Assembly: GCA_048128005.1 (NCBI GenBank)
Contig: JBEUKZ010000093.1
Coordinates: 558,001-606,060, forward strand
Reading direction: 5' to 3'
From: Veleropilina oligotropha
Taxonomy: Eukaryota
Length of the DNA stretch: 48,060 nt
The position numbers and the translations under genes are program-made. Each line of letters starts with the position of its first letter. Position 1 is the stretch's first letter. A model generated the notes under the pieces. It saw only the letters and a list, made by a program, of their open reading frames with translations. It made no database searches and had not been told where the DNA came from. Positions 33,651 through 46,131 of this stretch are shown here, one piece after another.

Positions 33651-34895
33651 CTCGTCACTGTCGCGGAAAAATGAGGTTTTAAGGTAAACCTAATATTAGT
33701 TAAAACATACTTACGTCCTTACTCTTGCCATAATAGTAATATTATCGCTAACCGGAAACAGTGAATAAGTCACATTATGCACTCTTTATAAGTCAAAACG
33801 TACCACGATCACCTCCCCTGCACCCGCTCTCCTAAGTTCCCCCAGCGAGATCTCGCCAAGTCTCGCGAGACTTCCGAACCATCGAAGTCACAAGACCTCA
33901 ATTCAAAGTTCAGAACCCCCAAAGGAACTTAGTCGAGGGGAGGAATGCGAAACGCAGGGTGGGTAATCGTGGTAAGGACGTAAGTATGTTTTAACTAATA
34001 TTAGGTTTACCTTAAAACCTCATATGTAGTTACAAACTTACTTACGTCCTTACTCTTGCCAGAATAACCTTGGATAGGTGGGTAAGAAGTTCCTTACAGC
34101 AAACCCAAACAAGATAATGACTTACTTTTCACCATGTCAATCAGCTCGAAGCGTCGATTGTGTCCGCCCAGAGTGGAATTTACTGAGAATTATATTCAAC
34201 TCTTACCAAGCGAGAATTTCGACCAGTGTTACCGGGAGAATATGCCGTGGTGTTAGACGGACGAGGTGAACGGAGGTGCAATCAGCCCCAGGCACGGCCG
34301 GAAGGATTATCCTTGTAGGTCTTACGTGTCATGGGCCAGTGGCAGCCAAATGGTACTCCTGGCCAAAGGCCGGTAGCCAGAGGATGCAGTCGGATTTGTA
34401 AGCACACGGAACCTAATAGGTTGTGAAAGCGTGAAATCAAAGCAAAGAATTAATAGATTAAATAAATAATCGATATTAATAATTGATTCGCATGACCAAC
34501 TTGCGAAACGCTAACATGTACGACATGTCACTTAAAATAAATTTTTAAGGAAGCAAATATGTACGACATGTTACTTAAAATAAAATTTAAGGAAGCAAAT
34601 ATTAAATTTTTTCCAATGTCTTGAACATCGTATGTTCTATACAGCATAGAACATCAATAATATTGAACCTCAAATCAAATAAGATTTTCGCAATATGATT
34701 GTTTATTAATTCAATGTAATCTGGCTTGTCAATATACTCAGGTATGACATGAAAGTATCAAGATCTTAAAATGTTTTTAAGAAATGAACAGACATTGAAT
34801 CGCCTCATAATGTGTCTATTTCATAGAACAACGAGGCCAACAAATAACAATGCGACAGCATGAATTATGTAAATTGATCAATCAACAAATAATAC

Positions 34896-37800
34896 TCACT
34901 GATTAGACGACCTCGGTCTAACAATACATCGTTGAGCAGTTACTATGTAAACTGCACAATCCATCAGCCGCATGGAATAATCCCCAGAAAAGGCTTAATA
35001 AAGACATTTTTGAGAGGCAACGCTGAGAAGTGAATCTGCGAAAACACGGACCTCGTGTGCGCGGAACGATACAATAGTGCGTGCGGCCTACTTTTCACAG
35101 CGAGAGAAGTCTCTCACTACCTGTGAAAACCTCCGCGAAACAGTCTCTATGAAATGTCGCGGATACAAGAAGGTAAATACGAATAAAATATACGTAGTTT
35201 TCTCTGCCGCGCAGCACGGATCCTGTCGAGGTAGTAACATAGGCACGCTATGACATATTCATCGGTCCACATCGGGTCTCTGACCAGCGCTAGGGGATAA
35301 CGATATCGGTTGCGTCGTCGATCGGCCGTTGATTCTTGGCGAGGAAACCCAAGATATGACGCCGCATCACCGACCCGTCGACTGGAAACGAACGACTCGT
35401 AGCTCTCGGATAGACTATGAAATACGGAACAACGCCTGCCCGACGCTAAGGCGATCAGAAAAACTGTATTGTGCGTTAAGTTCCTCATAGAGGACGGGCC
35501 CATAGGCTAGTCGGGTAGAAAGAGAGCGTTAACAAATGAGAGCGATGTTTCAGGCTGGCCGAATCGTACGGGTCGAAATTTTGAGTTCGAAGGATCGCAG
35601 AAATCCAAATAGTTCGGTCGCTAGGTAGGCTACCACGGGCACGGCACTCGCGACCGTTGCCCGATAGCTTTGACGGCGGACACTGACATACCGCGTTCAA
35701 AGAGCGACGATAAAAACTCAATAAACTTGTTCACAGGGGGCGGAGTATATTAACCTGCCGACTGTGACACCAATCCACGTACTTAACCCATCGGTAGTCA
35801 TAAACTTTAGTCGTGGAAGCCTTCTCGATCGGGATGCGTAGGGCTGTTGTGCGAGAAATTCCTTTCTTAGCAAGGGATCGTTCGATAACCGCCAGGCGTG
35901 TAAACGTAAGTCGATCGGCGATGTTGTAATACACGGCTGCGCGCCTGCATTAACCGGCCCGGTCTCTGCGGGAGCGATAACGGTCGGTCAACGATCAGAT
36001 CGAGGAGGGTCGGAAACCAAGGTTGCGTGCGATATAGGGGCGCGATTAGCGTTATCTGCAACGTTCGTTCGATGCCTTCTGTAATACCAGTGTTAGAATG
36101 CACGACGGGGGGAAGGCATACGCGGACAGATTCTCCCATGTCATTGACAGTGCGGCGACCGCTAGGGCGGCCGGGTCCGGGTACGGGGAGACATACAGAG
36201 GTAGTCGGTAATTAAATACTGTTGCAAACAGATCGACTCGGGGTTGTGACCACCGGCGACAAACGTCCCGAGCTACTCGGCTGTGTAGCTCCACTCTGTG
36301 TGTATTATCTGTGATTTCCGAGAGAGCGAATCCGCTCTGACATTCAGCTTTCCCGGGATGTGTCGGGCTCGAATCGTCGAGTTGAGGGACATCACTAAGC
36401 GGTGTAGGTCTATTGCTCGGTCGCAAAGGGGACGCGAGCGAGTGCCGCCCTGGTGCTGAATGTAAGCGACGACAGTCGTGTTGTCCGTGGCGAGCATTAT
36501 ATGCTTGTTGCGGAGATGTGACGAGAGGGACCGTACTGACAGGTAAACGGCTTCTAACTCTAGGAAGTTGATATGTCGTCCCTGAAGGTCCGTCGGCCAT
36601 AGGCCTGATGTCTCGTAACTGTCGAGGTGACCACCCCAGCCGTCGTTCGAAGCGTCTGTGAACAGGTAAGCGTTCGGCTCTGGCGGGGATATAGGAACCG
36701 ACTGGTCCGGCAAAGCAGGGTTCAACCACACTGCTGTTGTGCTGGTAAACCAATGCCGTAGATCGATGCGATCCGTCCACTGCCCCGTCCGTTGTATCCA
36801 GCGATCCCTGAACGCCTGCTGCAACGGTCGTTTGTCCATGCGACCCGTCGGTAGCAGGGTCGCTACCGACTCGATGTGCCCTAGGACAGTGGCCAGTTGT
36901 CGCGCTGTAGTTACGTCCGATGACAGGGTGTCTTGGATAACCGCGCGTAGGTTCCGCATACGCTTCTGGGTCGGCTTCGCGGTGTACCGGACCGTATCGA
37001 AGTCGACTCCGAGGAACGTAAACGTCGTCGAGGGTACGAAGCAGGATTTTGTCTCGTTGATCTGAAATCCCAGGGGCTTCGTCGATAACAGGGTAAAGCT
37101 CGTAGACCGGAGGCACAGATCCCGGGACGCCCCGAGGATCAGCCAGTCGTCGAGGTATATATGTACCCTGAGCCCTAGAGAGTGTAGGAAGGCCCTAAGG
37201 GCCTGTACTGTTCTCGTGAAGACGTACGGGGCTGACGATAGACCGAACGGTAGGCACCTGAATGGTAGATCGTCTCCCCGTGTATAAACCGAAGGTACTG
37301 ATGAGCCGTGACATGCATCGGGACATGCAGATACGCGTCGGTCAGATCGATAGACGCTGCCCAGTCGCCCGGACGGATGGCCGCTCGTATCTTCGAGAGG
37401 GTTTTCTGCTGGAATTTCTCGGTACGAAGATATTAGTTAACGAGAGATCGAAGATCGGTCGCTAGCGGCCATCGGGATTCGGGACCAGGAAGAAATGGCT
37501 GTAATATCCTGGTGTGCTGGGCGGCGCGGGATATATTGCTCCTTGAGGAGTAGGTCCCGCACTGCCTGGTCTAAGACCGCTCGCTTCTCTCCGTTTAGGA
37601 GGCGAGCGTGTCTTGGTGGTGGTGCCTCGTTTAGGGTCGGATGCCGGTTGAACCAACTTGTATCCGGCACTCAAGACGGAGGGACCCAGCTACTGTCTGG
37701 TAGTCTAGCCACGGCTGGCTGTACGCTAACAGATACGCTTCCACCGGCGGAAGCGGGCAGCTGGGATTGTCGTGTGTGCCGGCAGCCCTAGGGCCGAGGC

Positions 37801-37900
37801 TTCCCTCTCCCGCTCTGACGGGAGCTTGTTGGAGGTGCTTGCCTCCTCGGAGTGGGTTAATGGCCGGGGGCCTACCACCCGAAGAGGGCTTTGCACGCTT
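34896..37900 (-). pseudogene. pol: DIRS YR and pol remnants, duplicate unit 1
   Basis: LIALASGRRCS, FTDAS, YAFPP fragments with frameshifts. Confidence 0.88.
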
Positions 37901-40900
37901 GGAAGGCTTCGGGTGGGCCCTGAACGCTTCCTCGAGTCGGCGGGTGGACCCCCGGGGGGTGCAGCACCGCCTACTCGATGGTACGGTCCGTCAGGTCCGC
38001 CGCTCTGTCGACGAATTCCGAGAAATCGTCGGCAAATAGAGTGGTGGCCGAGCAAGGCACGCATCGCAATGAGCGCCGGGTGGCCTCAACTAGCGAGGTG
38101 TCTTTCAGGTAAGCGTCCCTACGAAGTAGGTGTTACCCAGGACACGTCCCGTCTCCAACGCGTTGGTCTCCATAACGGCAGCAACCTCCTGGAGGAAGGA
38201 CAGGGCAGCCCACGGGCGCCGGGTCAATCCTCCTGTAATACGGCTATCGTCCCGTCTAGGAAAAATCCTGAACGGACGACGGCCGCAGAGCCCATCGGGC
38301 GGAGCTCTCGAAAGCTTGCAAGGCGAACCCAGGAACTCTCGCTACAGAGGGAGTGTGACTGGCGGTCAGTCAACGCAACGCTGCGTCAACACGAACCGGC
38401 TCAGTCGCCAGGCACGGACCAGTACATGCGAACGGGATCGAACGCGAACTGGCCCGGAGGTACCTCCCACTATGTAAACTGCACAATCCATCAGCCGCAT
38501 GGAATAATCCCCAGAAAAGGCTTAATAAAGACATTTTTGAGAGGCAACGCTGAGAAGTGAATCTGCGAAAACACGGACCTCGTGTGCGCGGAACGATACA
38601 ATAGTGCGTGCGGCCTACTTTTCACAGCGAGAGAAGTCTCTCACTACCTGTGAAAACCTCCGCGAAACAGTCTCTATGAAATGTCGCGGATACAAGAAGG
38701 TAAATACGAATAAAATATACGTAGTTTTCTCTGCCGCGCAGCACGGATCCTGTCGAGGTAGTAACGTAGGCACGCTATGACATATTCATCGGTCCACATC
38801 GGGTCTCTGACCAGCGCTAGGGGATAACGATATCGGTTGCGTCGTCGATCGGCCGTTGATTCTTGGCGAGGAAACCCAAGATATGACGCCGCATCACCGA
38901 CCCGTCGACTGGAAACGAACGACTCGTAGCTCTCGGATAGACTATGAAATACGGAACAACGCCTGCCCGACGCTAAGGCGATCAGAAAAACTGTATTGTG
39001 CGTTAAGTTCCTCATAGAGGACGGGCCCATAGGCTAGTCGGCTAGAAAGAGAGCGTTAACAAATGAGAGCGATGTTTCAGGCTGGCCGAATCGTACGGGT
39101 CGAAATTTTGAGTTCGAAGGATCGCAGAAATCCAAATAGTTCGGTCGCTAGGTAGGCTACCACGGGCACGGCACTCGCGACCGTTGCCCGATAGCTTTGA
39201 CGGCGGACACTGACATTATACCGCGTTCAAAGAGCGACGATAAAAACTCAATAAACTTGTTCACAGGGGGCGGAGTATATTAACCTGCCGACTGTGACAC
39301 CAATCCACGTACTTAACCCATCGGTAGTCATAAACTTTAGTCGTGGAAGCCTTCTCGATCGGGATGCGTAGGGCTGTTGTGCGAGAAATTCCTTTCTTAG
39401 CAAGGGATCGTTCGATAACCGCCAGGCGTGTAAACGTAAGTCGATCGGCGATGTTGTAATACACGGCTGCGCGCCTGCATTAACCGGCCCGGTCTCTGCG
39501 GGAGCGATAACGGTCGGTCAACGATCAGATCGAGGAGGGTCGGAAACCAAGGTTGCGTGCAATATAGGGGCGCGATTAGCGTTATCTGCAACGTTCGTTC
39601 GATGCCTTCTGTAATACCAGTGTTAGAATGCACGACGGGGGGAAGGCATACGCGGACAGATTCTCCCATGTCATTGACAGTGCGGCGACCGCTAGGGCGG
39701 CCGGGTCCGGGTACGGGGAGACATACAGAGGTAGTCGGTAATTAAATACTGTTGCAAACAGATCGACTCGGGGTTGTGACCACCGGCGACAAACGTCCCG
39801 AGCTACTCGGCTGTGTAGCTCCACTCTGTGTGTATTATCTGTGATTTCCGAGAGAGCGAATCCGCTCTGACATTCAGCTTTCCCGGGATGTGTCGGGCTC
39901 GAATCGTCGAGTTGAGGGACATCACTAAGCGGTGTAGGTCTATTGCTCGGTCGCAAAGGGGACGCGAGCGAGTGCCGCCCTGGTGCTGAATGTAAGCGAC
40001 GACAGTCGTGTTGTCCGTGGCGAGCATTATATGCTTGTTGCGGAGATGTGACGAGAGGGACCGTACTGACAGGTAAACGGCTTCTAACTCTAGGAAGTAG
40101 ATGTGTCGTCCCTGAAGGTCCGTCGGCCATAGGCCTGATGTCTCGTAACTGTCGAGGTGACCACCCCAGCCGTCGTTCGAAGCGTCTGTGAACAGGTAAG
40201 CGTTCGGCTCTGGCGGGGATATAGGAACCGACTGGTCCGGCAAAGCAGGGTTCAACCACACTGCTGTTGTGCTGGTAAACCAATGCCGTAGATCGATGCG
40301 ATCCGTCCACTGCCCCGTCCGTTGTATCCAGCGATCCCTGAACGCCTGCTGCAACGGTCGTTTGTCCATGCGACCCGTCGGTAGCAGGGTCGCTACCGAC
40401 TCGATGTGCCCTAGGACAGTGGCCAGTTGTCGCGCTGTAGTTACGTCCGATGACAGGGTGTCTTGGATAACCGCGCGTAGGTTCCGCATACGCTTCTGGG
40501 TCGGCTTCGCGGTGTACCGGACCGTATCGAAGTCGACTCCGAGGAACGTAAACGTCGTCGAGGGTACGAAGCAGGATTTTGTCTCGTTGATCTGAAATCC
40601 CAGGCGCTTCGTCGATAACAGGGTAAAGCTCGTAGACCGGAGGCACAGATCCCGGGACGCCCCGAGGATCAGCCAGTCGTCGAGGTATATATGTACCCTG
40701 AGCCCTAGAGAGTGTAGGAAGGCCCTAAGGGCCTGTACTGTTCTCGTGAAGACGTACGGGGCTGACGATAGACCGAACGGTAGGCACCTGAATGGTAGAT
40801 CGTCTCCCCGTGTATAAACCGAAGGTACTGATGAGCCGTGACATGCATCGGGACATGCAGATACGCGTCGGTCAGATCGATAGACGCTGCCCAGTCGCCC

Positions 40901-42008
40901 GGACGGATGGCCGCTCGTATCTTCGAGAGGGTTTTCTGCTGGAATTTCTCGGTACGAAGATATTAGTTAACGAGAGATCGAAGATCGGTCGCTAGCGGCC
41001 ATCGGGATTCGGGACCAGGAAGAAATGGCTGTATTATCCTGGTGTGCTGGGCGGCGCGGGATATATTGCTCCTTGAGGAGTAGGTCCCGCACTGCCTGGT
41101 CTAAGACCGCTCGCTTCTCTCCGTTTAGGAGGCGAGCGTGTCTTGGTGGTGGTGCCTCGTTTAGGGTCGGATGCCGGTTGAACCAACTTGTATCCGGCAC
41201 TCACGACGGAGGGACCCAGCTACTGTCTGGTAGTCTAGCCACGGCTGGCTGTACGCTAACAGATACGCTTCCACCGGCGGAAGCGGGCAGCTGGGATTGT
41301 CGTGTGTGCCGGCAGCCCTAGGGCCGAGGCTTCCCTCTCCCGCTCTGACGGGAGCTTGTTGGAGGTGCTTGCCTCCTCGGAGTGGGTTAATGGCCGGGGG
41401 CCTACCACCCGAAGAGGGCTTTGCACGCTTGGAAGGCTTCGGGGTCCGGGTGGGCCCTGAACGCTTCCTCGAGTCGGCGGGTGGCCCCCGGGGGGTGCAG
41501 CACCGCCTACTCGATGGTACGGTCCGTCAGGTCCGCCGCTCTGTCGACGAATTCCGAGAAATCGTCGGCAAATAGAGTGGTGGCCGAGCAAGGCACGCAT
41601 CGCAATGAGCGCCGGGTGGCCTCAACTAGCGAGGTGTCTTTCAGGTAAGCGTCCCTACGAAGTAGGTGTTACCCAGGACACGTCCCGTCTCCAACGCGTT
41701 GGTCTCCATAACGGCAGCAACCTCCTGGAGGAAGGACAGGGCAGCCCACGGGCGCCGGGTCCATCCTCCTGTAATACGGCTATCGTCCCATCTAGGAAAA
41801 ATCCTGAACGGACGACGGCCGCAGAGCCCATCGGGCGGAGCTCTCGAAAGCTTCCAAGGCGAACCCAGGAACTCTCGCTACAGAGGGAGTGTGACTGGCG
41901 GTCAGTCAACGCAACGCTGCGTCAACACGAACCGGCTCAGTCGCCAGGCACGGACCAGTACATGCGAACGGGATCGAACGCGAACTGGCCCGGAGGTACC
42001 TCCCACTA
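34942..42008. repeat. Tandem duplication of ~3.53 kb inside DIRS copy 3
   Basis: Paired ORFs offset by 3527-3530 bp; junction at 38469-38472 on microhomology ACTA. Confidence 0.93.
38473..41450 (-). pseudogene. pol: DIRS YR and pol remnants, duplicate unit 2
   Basis: Near-identical to unit 1. Confidence 0.88.
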
Positions 42009-43534
42009 CGGAACCCCGAAGGGTACTCGGTCAGTGGGGAGGACTCCACCGGATTGCGCCCCCGACTGAGCTTGGTTGTCGAGTCAACACCCGACCAATC
42101 AGCCCAGACGGAGGTAAGGAAGGAAGCAAGGGGGCTTCCTTCTCAACAAACCGATGCGCCGCCGTCCTGTGCTTGACCGGGCCTACATACGACCGAGTCG
42201 GTTCCGGCAGGTCAAGCACCCCGCGAAGTGACGCAACAGCGTCGAGTTCGGCGGGTGGTGGAGGTCGGCTCCTGCGTGCCTGGAAGACTACCAGCGTCTT
42301 CGGGCCCGACCGATACAGGGAGGTCGGAGTGAGTGGAGTCGAGGTCCTCGTCGGAACGAGGTTCGATCCCCACCACGGAGGCAGGAGCCGTGCTCTGCGC
42401 CACAGGCAGAGGTGTAGGTACCTGGAGCGGCTAGGAAGCCGGTTGCCAGGCCCGACATCGGGACTCGAACTCCGCCGCGAACATAGCCTGGACGTTCTCT
42501 AAAGAGAAACCCGGAGGCATGACGGGCGTCGAACTAACAGCCGGTAGTTCGGTCGAAGTCACCGTGGCGCTAGGTAGACGGGCTGCATGGACAGGTGTAG
42601 CCGAGAACCAGGGTCTCGGGACACGTGTCGAGTGGTCGAACCCGAAAGAACGGCCCGGAGGCGCGTTCGGTGGGCCGGACGACCGGTAGGACTGCGGCAA
42701 CAGTCCGTATCGGTCTACCACTCTGTTCGCGAGAGGCACGGTCGGAAAACCGCCGTAGAACCCCGTCCCGAACGCAGCCGGTCTGTCCACGTTCTCTAGC
42801 GTGACCATCGTGGGTGCACGGGAGAGAACGGGCCCTCTGAAAGGCTCGTGAGCATCGAGGTTGAGCGGAAAACCCTTAGGGGTAGTCGCGTCGGTCTCGA
42901 ACGAGGATTCAGGTGTCGCCGATTGTCCGAGTCTTAGACCTACAAGTAGGTGCCCGGCCTCTTTAAAGGCTTTCTCTGCATTGAGTCTGTCCCCATCGCT
43001 AGACGGAGAGTTTCTCGCAGAAGGACTAACTGTCCCCTATTCTTCGAGGCCGAAGAAAAGGATGGGGAATGTCTGCCCTGTTCAGCGGTTCGCTGCGTTG
43101 CCAGATATACCTTGCTAGCCGGCAAGGTATGTTTGGCTGCAGTTACTAGGCCCGTTTTAGGAGGATCGAACAGCACTCGGGCTCCTACCTGAATCTGGGG
43201 TCCCGGCAAGGTTACGGCGACTCCCCCATGAGTCGCGGAGGTTACGCCGGTAGATCCGGCGACAGACGGCCCTTAAGGTCTACTGTCGTCCAGCGTCCCT
43301 GAAGTAGACAAAAAAACGTTAATTCCCTTTAACCTACCATTTTGTCCTTTCTCGGGGGAGAACCCACCGTGGTAACCGCACTGGTCGGCGTCATCGGTGG
43401 ATATACGATCGCCCACTGCCTGCTGTTAAATCAAGGCACAGTTCACATATATATATATATACGGTGAACACGGCATTCCGTGCGCCTAGAAATCCGTGAA
43501 ACTTCTGGTTACACCCGGAGTTGCACCGGACCAT
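41318..43534 (-). pseudogene. gag: DIRS gag remnant, copy 3
   Basis: Fragments colinear with the copy 2 gag. Confidence 0.8.
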
Positions 43535-44227
43535 ACTTCCCTCTCCCTGAATACACGGGAGGGTAGTAGTGGGTGGAACGGGGTAGTTAAAAGTATATAT
43601 TTGGTAGTTGTGACTATTTACTACGACAACTCTTAAAATTGCCCTGATCTGAAGATCAAAGATCAGGCGATATACCGCAAAAAACCCGAACTGGGGACAC
43701 AGAGGTCGGGTATACCCGACACGACCCGGTAAAAAACCCGGCAAATTGACTAGAACAAACGGGGGTTCTTTCTTCGAAAAAACCGCCCAGAAAAACACCT
43801 GAAAACCTCGTGGATGTTTTTATGTTTAATAGTACAATTGTGTATTATCCCAGAAACGGCAGGATAACAGAAAAACGCAAGCGTGATATCTAAACGAATT
43901 ATTGATCAAGATATTTAACTAAAGGTATGTTCATTGATTTTATGCGATTGTACTGGTTGACAGTTTGTCTGGGCCAGATATTTTTCAATTTAATCCCAAT
44001 TTAGGCGGACGGATAGGAGGTCGAGGTACCGTTTTGGATAATATTCCGTATATAAATGTCAAAATAAAGTGTTTCGCTTATCTGTTGCTATCATAACATA
44101 TACGAAATAAAAGAATAGCCATGTCTTGACGAAGGTTGATATAAATATTGCCATTTCGGGATAGCGGGATGGTACAGCTGTTTATCCGCCGAGGCATGCA
44201 TTTTGGTGCATTACTTCCCTTTATTAA

Positions 44228-45863
44228 CGAGCACGAAGTGTGAGCTCTATAGGTAACGTGTGTGTAGAAAATAATCAATGATTAACCAAAATCTAGTGCA
44301 CCCTTACCTTTCTGATTATTTGGACGGAAACGGGTTGCATGCTGGGATCGTTTAACGTTGATATGGGCCTTTTGCGTATGGGTAAACATTTTATTTATTT
44401 GTCAAGAGTGTCAAACGCGAAGCGCTTCCACATTAAACATGCATATGACAGGCGCGCAGCGCCTGTCATAAATACTGAATTCCGTTGAAGTTTTAAAGCC
44501 AAGTCTCGGATATCCGTTAGCGGTGACGTCTTTGCCTTGAATTCGCCAGTGTCGTCTTGGCAACGAGAAAATGATTCGGTAAATTCGCGGAGTTTACCGA
44601 TCGATTCAAACTAAGAGAGTGTTGTGTACCTTACTTATATGAATAAGTAACGGGCCCTAAGTAACGAACGTAATATACTAAACAAATACTTTAAATGGAC
44701 GAGCCACAGCCATGTGCGCTTCGATAACATAGGCATAGTGTATGTGTGTCGACTAGGCGGTGCGCAATACAAGTAATTTCACCGGTGCACATAAATAAAA
44801 TATCCGTTACAAAGAATATCGTTGCAACCCACTACATCGGTCCTCAAGTTACAATATAAGTTTTAACATAACATAAAACTAAGACCATGGAGCGGTCAAA
44901 GTTCGGGACACATCGAGCCAATAGTGGCAATACAATTATGTCAATAAACTAGTTGAAAGAATTACTAATTTATTATTAAATTTTTAATAACAAAATTAAA
45001 TATTAGTTTAAACTTTGTACCCGGTAATTAGTTTTAATAGCGAGCACGAAGTGTGAGCTCTATAGGTAACGTGTGTGTAGAAAATAATCAATGATCAACG
45101 AAATCTAGTGTACCCCTACCGTTCTGTTTATTTGGACGGAAACGGGTTGCATGCTGGGATCGTTTAACGTTGATATGGGGCTTTGGCTTATGGGTACACA
45201 TTTTATTTATTTGTCAAGCGTGTCAAACGCGAAGCGCTTCCACATTAAACATGCATATGACAGGCGCGCAGCGCCTGTCATAAATATTGAATTCCGCTGA
45301 AGTTTTAAAGCCAAGTCTCGGATATCCGTTAGCGGTGACGGCTTTGCCTTGAATTTGCCAGTGTCGTCTTGGCAACGAGAAAATGATTCGGTAAATTCGC
45401 GGAGTTTACCGATCGATTCAAACTAAGAGAGTGTTGTGTACCTTATATGAATAAGTAACGGGCCCTAAGTAACGAACGTAATATACTAAACAAATACTTT
45501 AAATGGACGAGCCACAGCCATTTACGCCGCTTCCCTCGCTTCGATAACATAGGCATAGTCTCTGTGTGTCGACTAGGCGGTGCGCAATACAAGTAATTTC
45601 ACCGGTGCACATAAATAAAATATCCGTTACAAAGAATATCGTTGCAACCCACTACATCGCTCCTCAAGTTACAATATAAGTTTTACCATATGTAACATAA
45701 AACTAAGACTATGGAGCGGTCAAAGTTCGGGATACATCGAGCCAATAGTGGCAATACAATTATGTCAATAAACTAGTTGAAAGAATTAATAATTTATTAT
45801 TAAATTTTTAATAACAAAATTAAATATTAGTTTAAACTTTGTACCCGGTAATTAGTTTTAATA
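44228..45863. repeat. Tandem duplication of an ~813-bp unit, possibly inside a HINE-like element
   Basis: CGAGCACGAAGTGTGAGCTCTATAGG begins at 44228 and 45041; inverse GTGCTCG + TTTCTAG at ~45903 and ~45976. Confidence 0.85.
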
Positions 45864-46008
45864 ATTATATGTATATATGTATCATATATATGCCATATCT
45901 GAGTGCTCGTTTCTAGGTAGCACCTACCACATATTAATTATATGTATATATGTATCATATATATGCCATATCCGAGTGCTCGTTTCTAGGTAGCACCTAC
46001 GACATATT
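45863..46008. repeat. ~73-bp tandem duplication
   Basis: AATTATATGTATATATGTATCATATATATGCCATATC.GAGTGCTCGTTTCTAGGTAGCACCTAC occurs twice. Confidence 0.85.
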
Positions 46009-46021
46009 ATTTATATATAAG

Positions 46022-46131
46022 ATGGCTACCGGCCGCTCTTCGAGCGGCGACTGTTACGAGTCCCTGTGGGCCCGATGGAAGATCAGCGAAACCTGAACCG
46101 GCACCTTAAATAAATAAATTAAATAAATAAA
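46022..46131 (+). mobile_element. 3' end of an L2/CR1-like LINE or related SINE
   Basis: GGGCCCGATGGAAGATCAGCGAAACCTGA stem-loop-like end followed by a (TAAA)n tail. Confidence 0.45.

Larger units (their letters stand above)
33671..43897 (-). mobile_element. DIRS1-like retrotransposon, copy 3 (5' ITR missing, internal duplication, decayed ORFs)
   Basis: 3' ITR 33671-33910, ICR 33972-34061, two sets of YR/pol remnants, gag remnant 41318-43534; similarity to copy 1 stops at ~43897. Confidence 0.94.
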
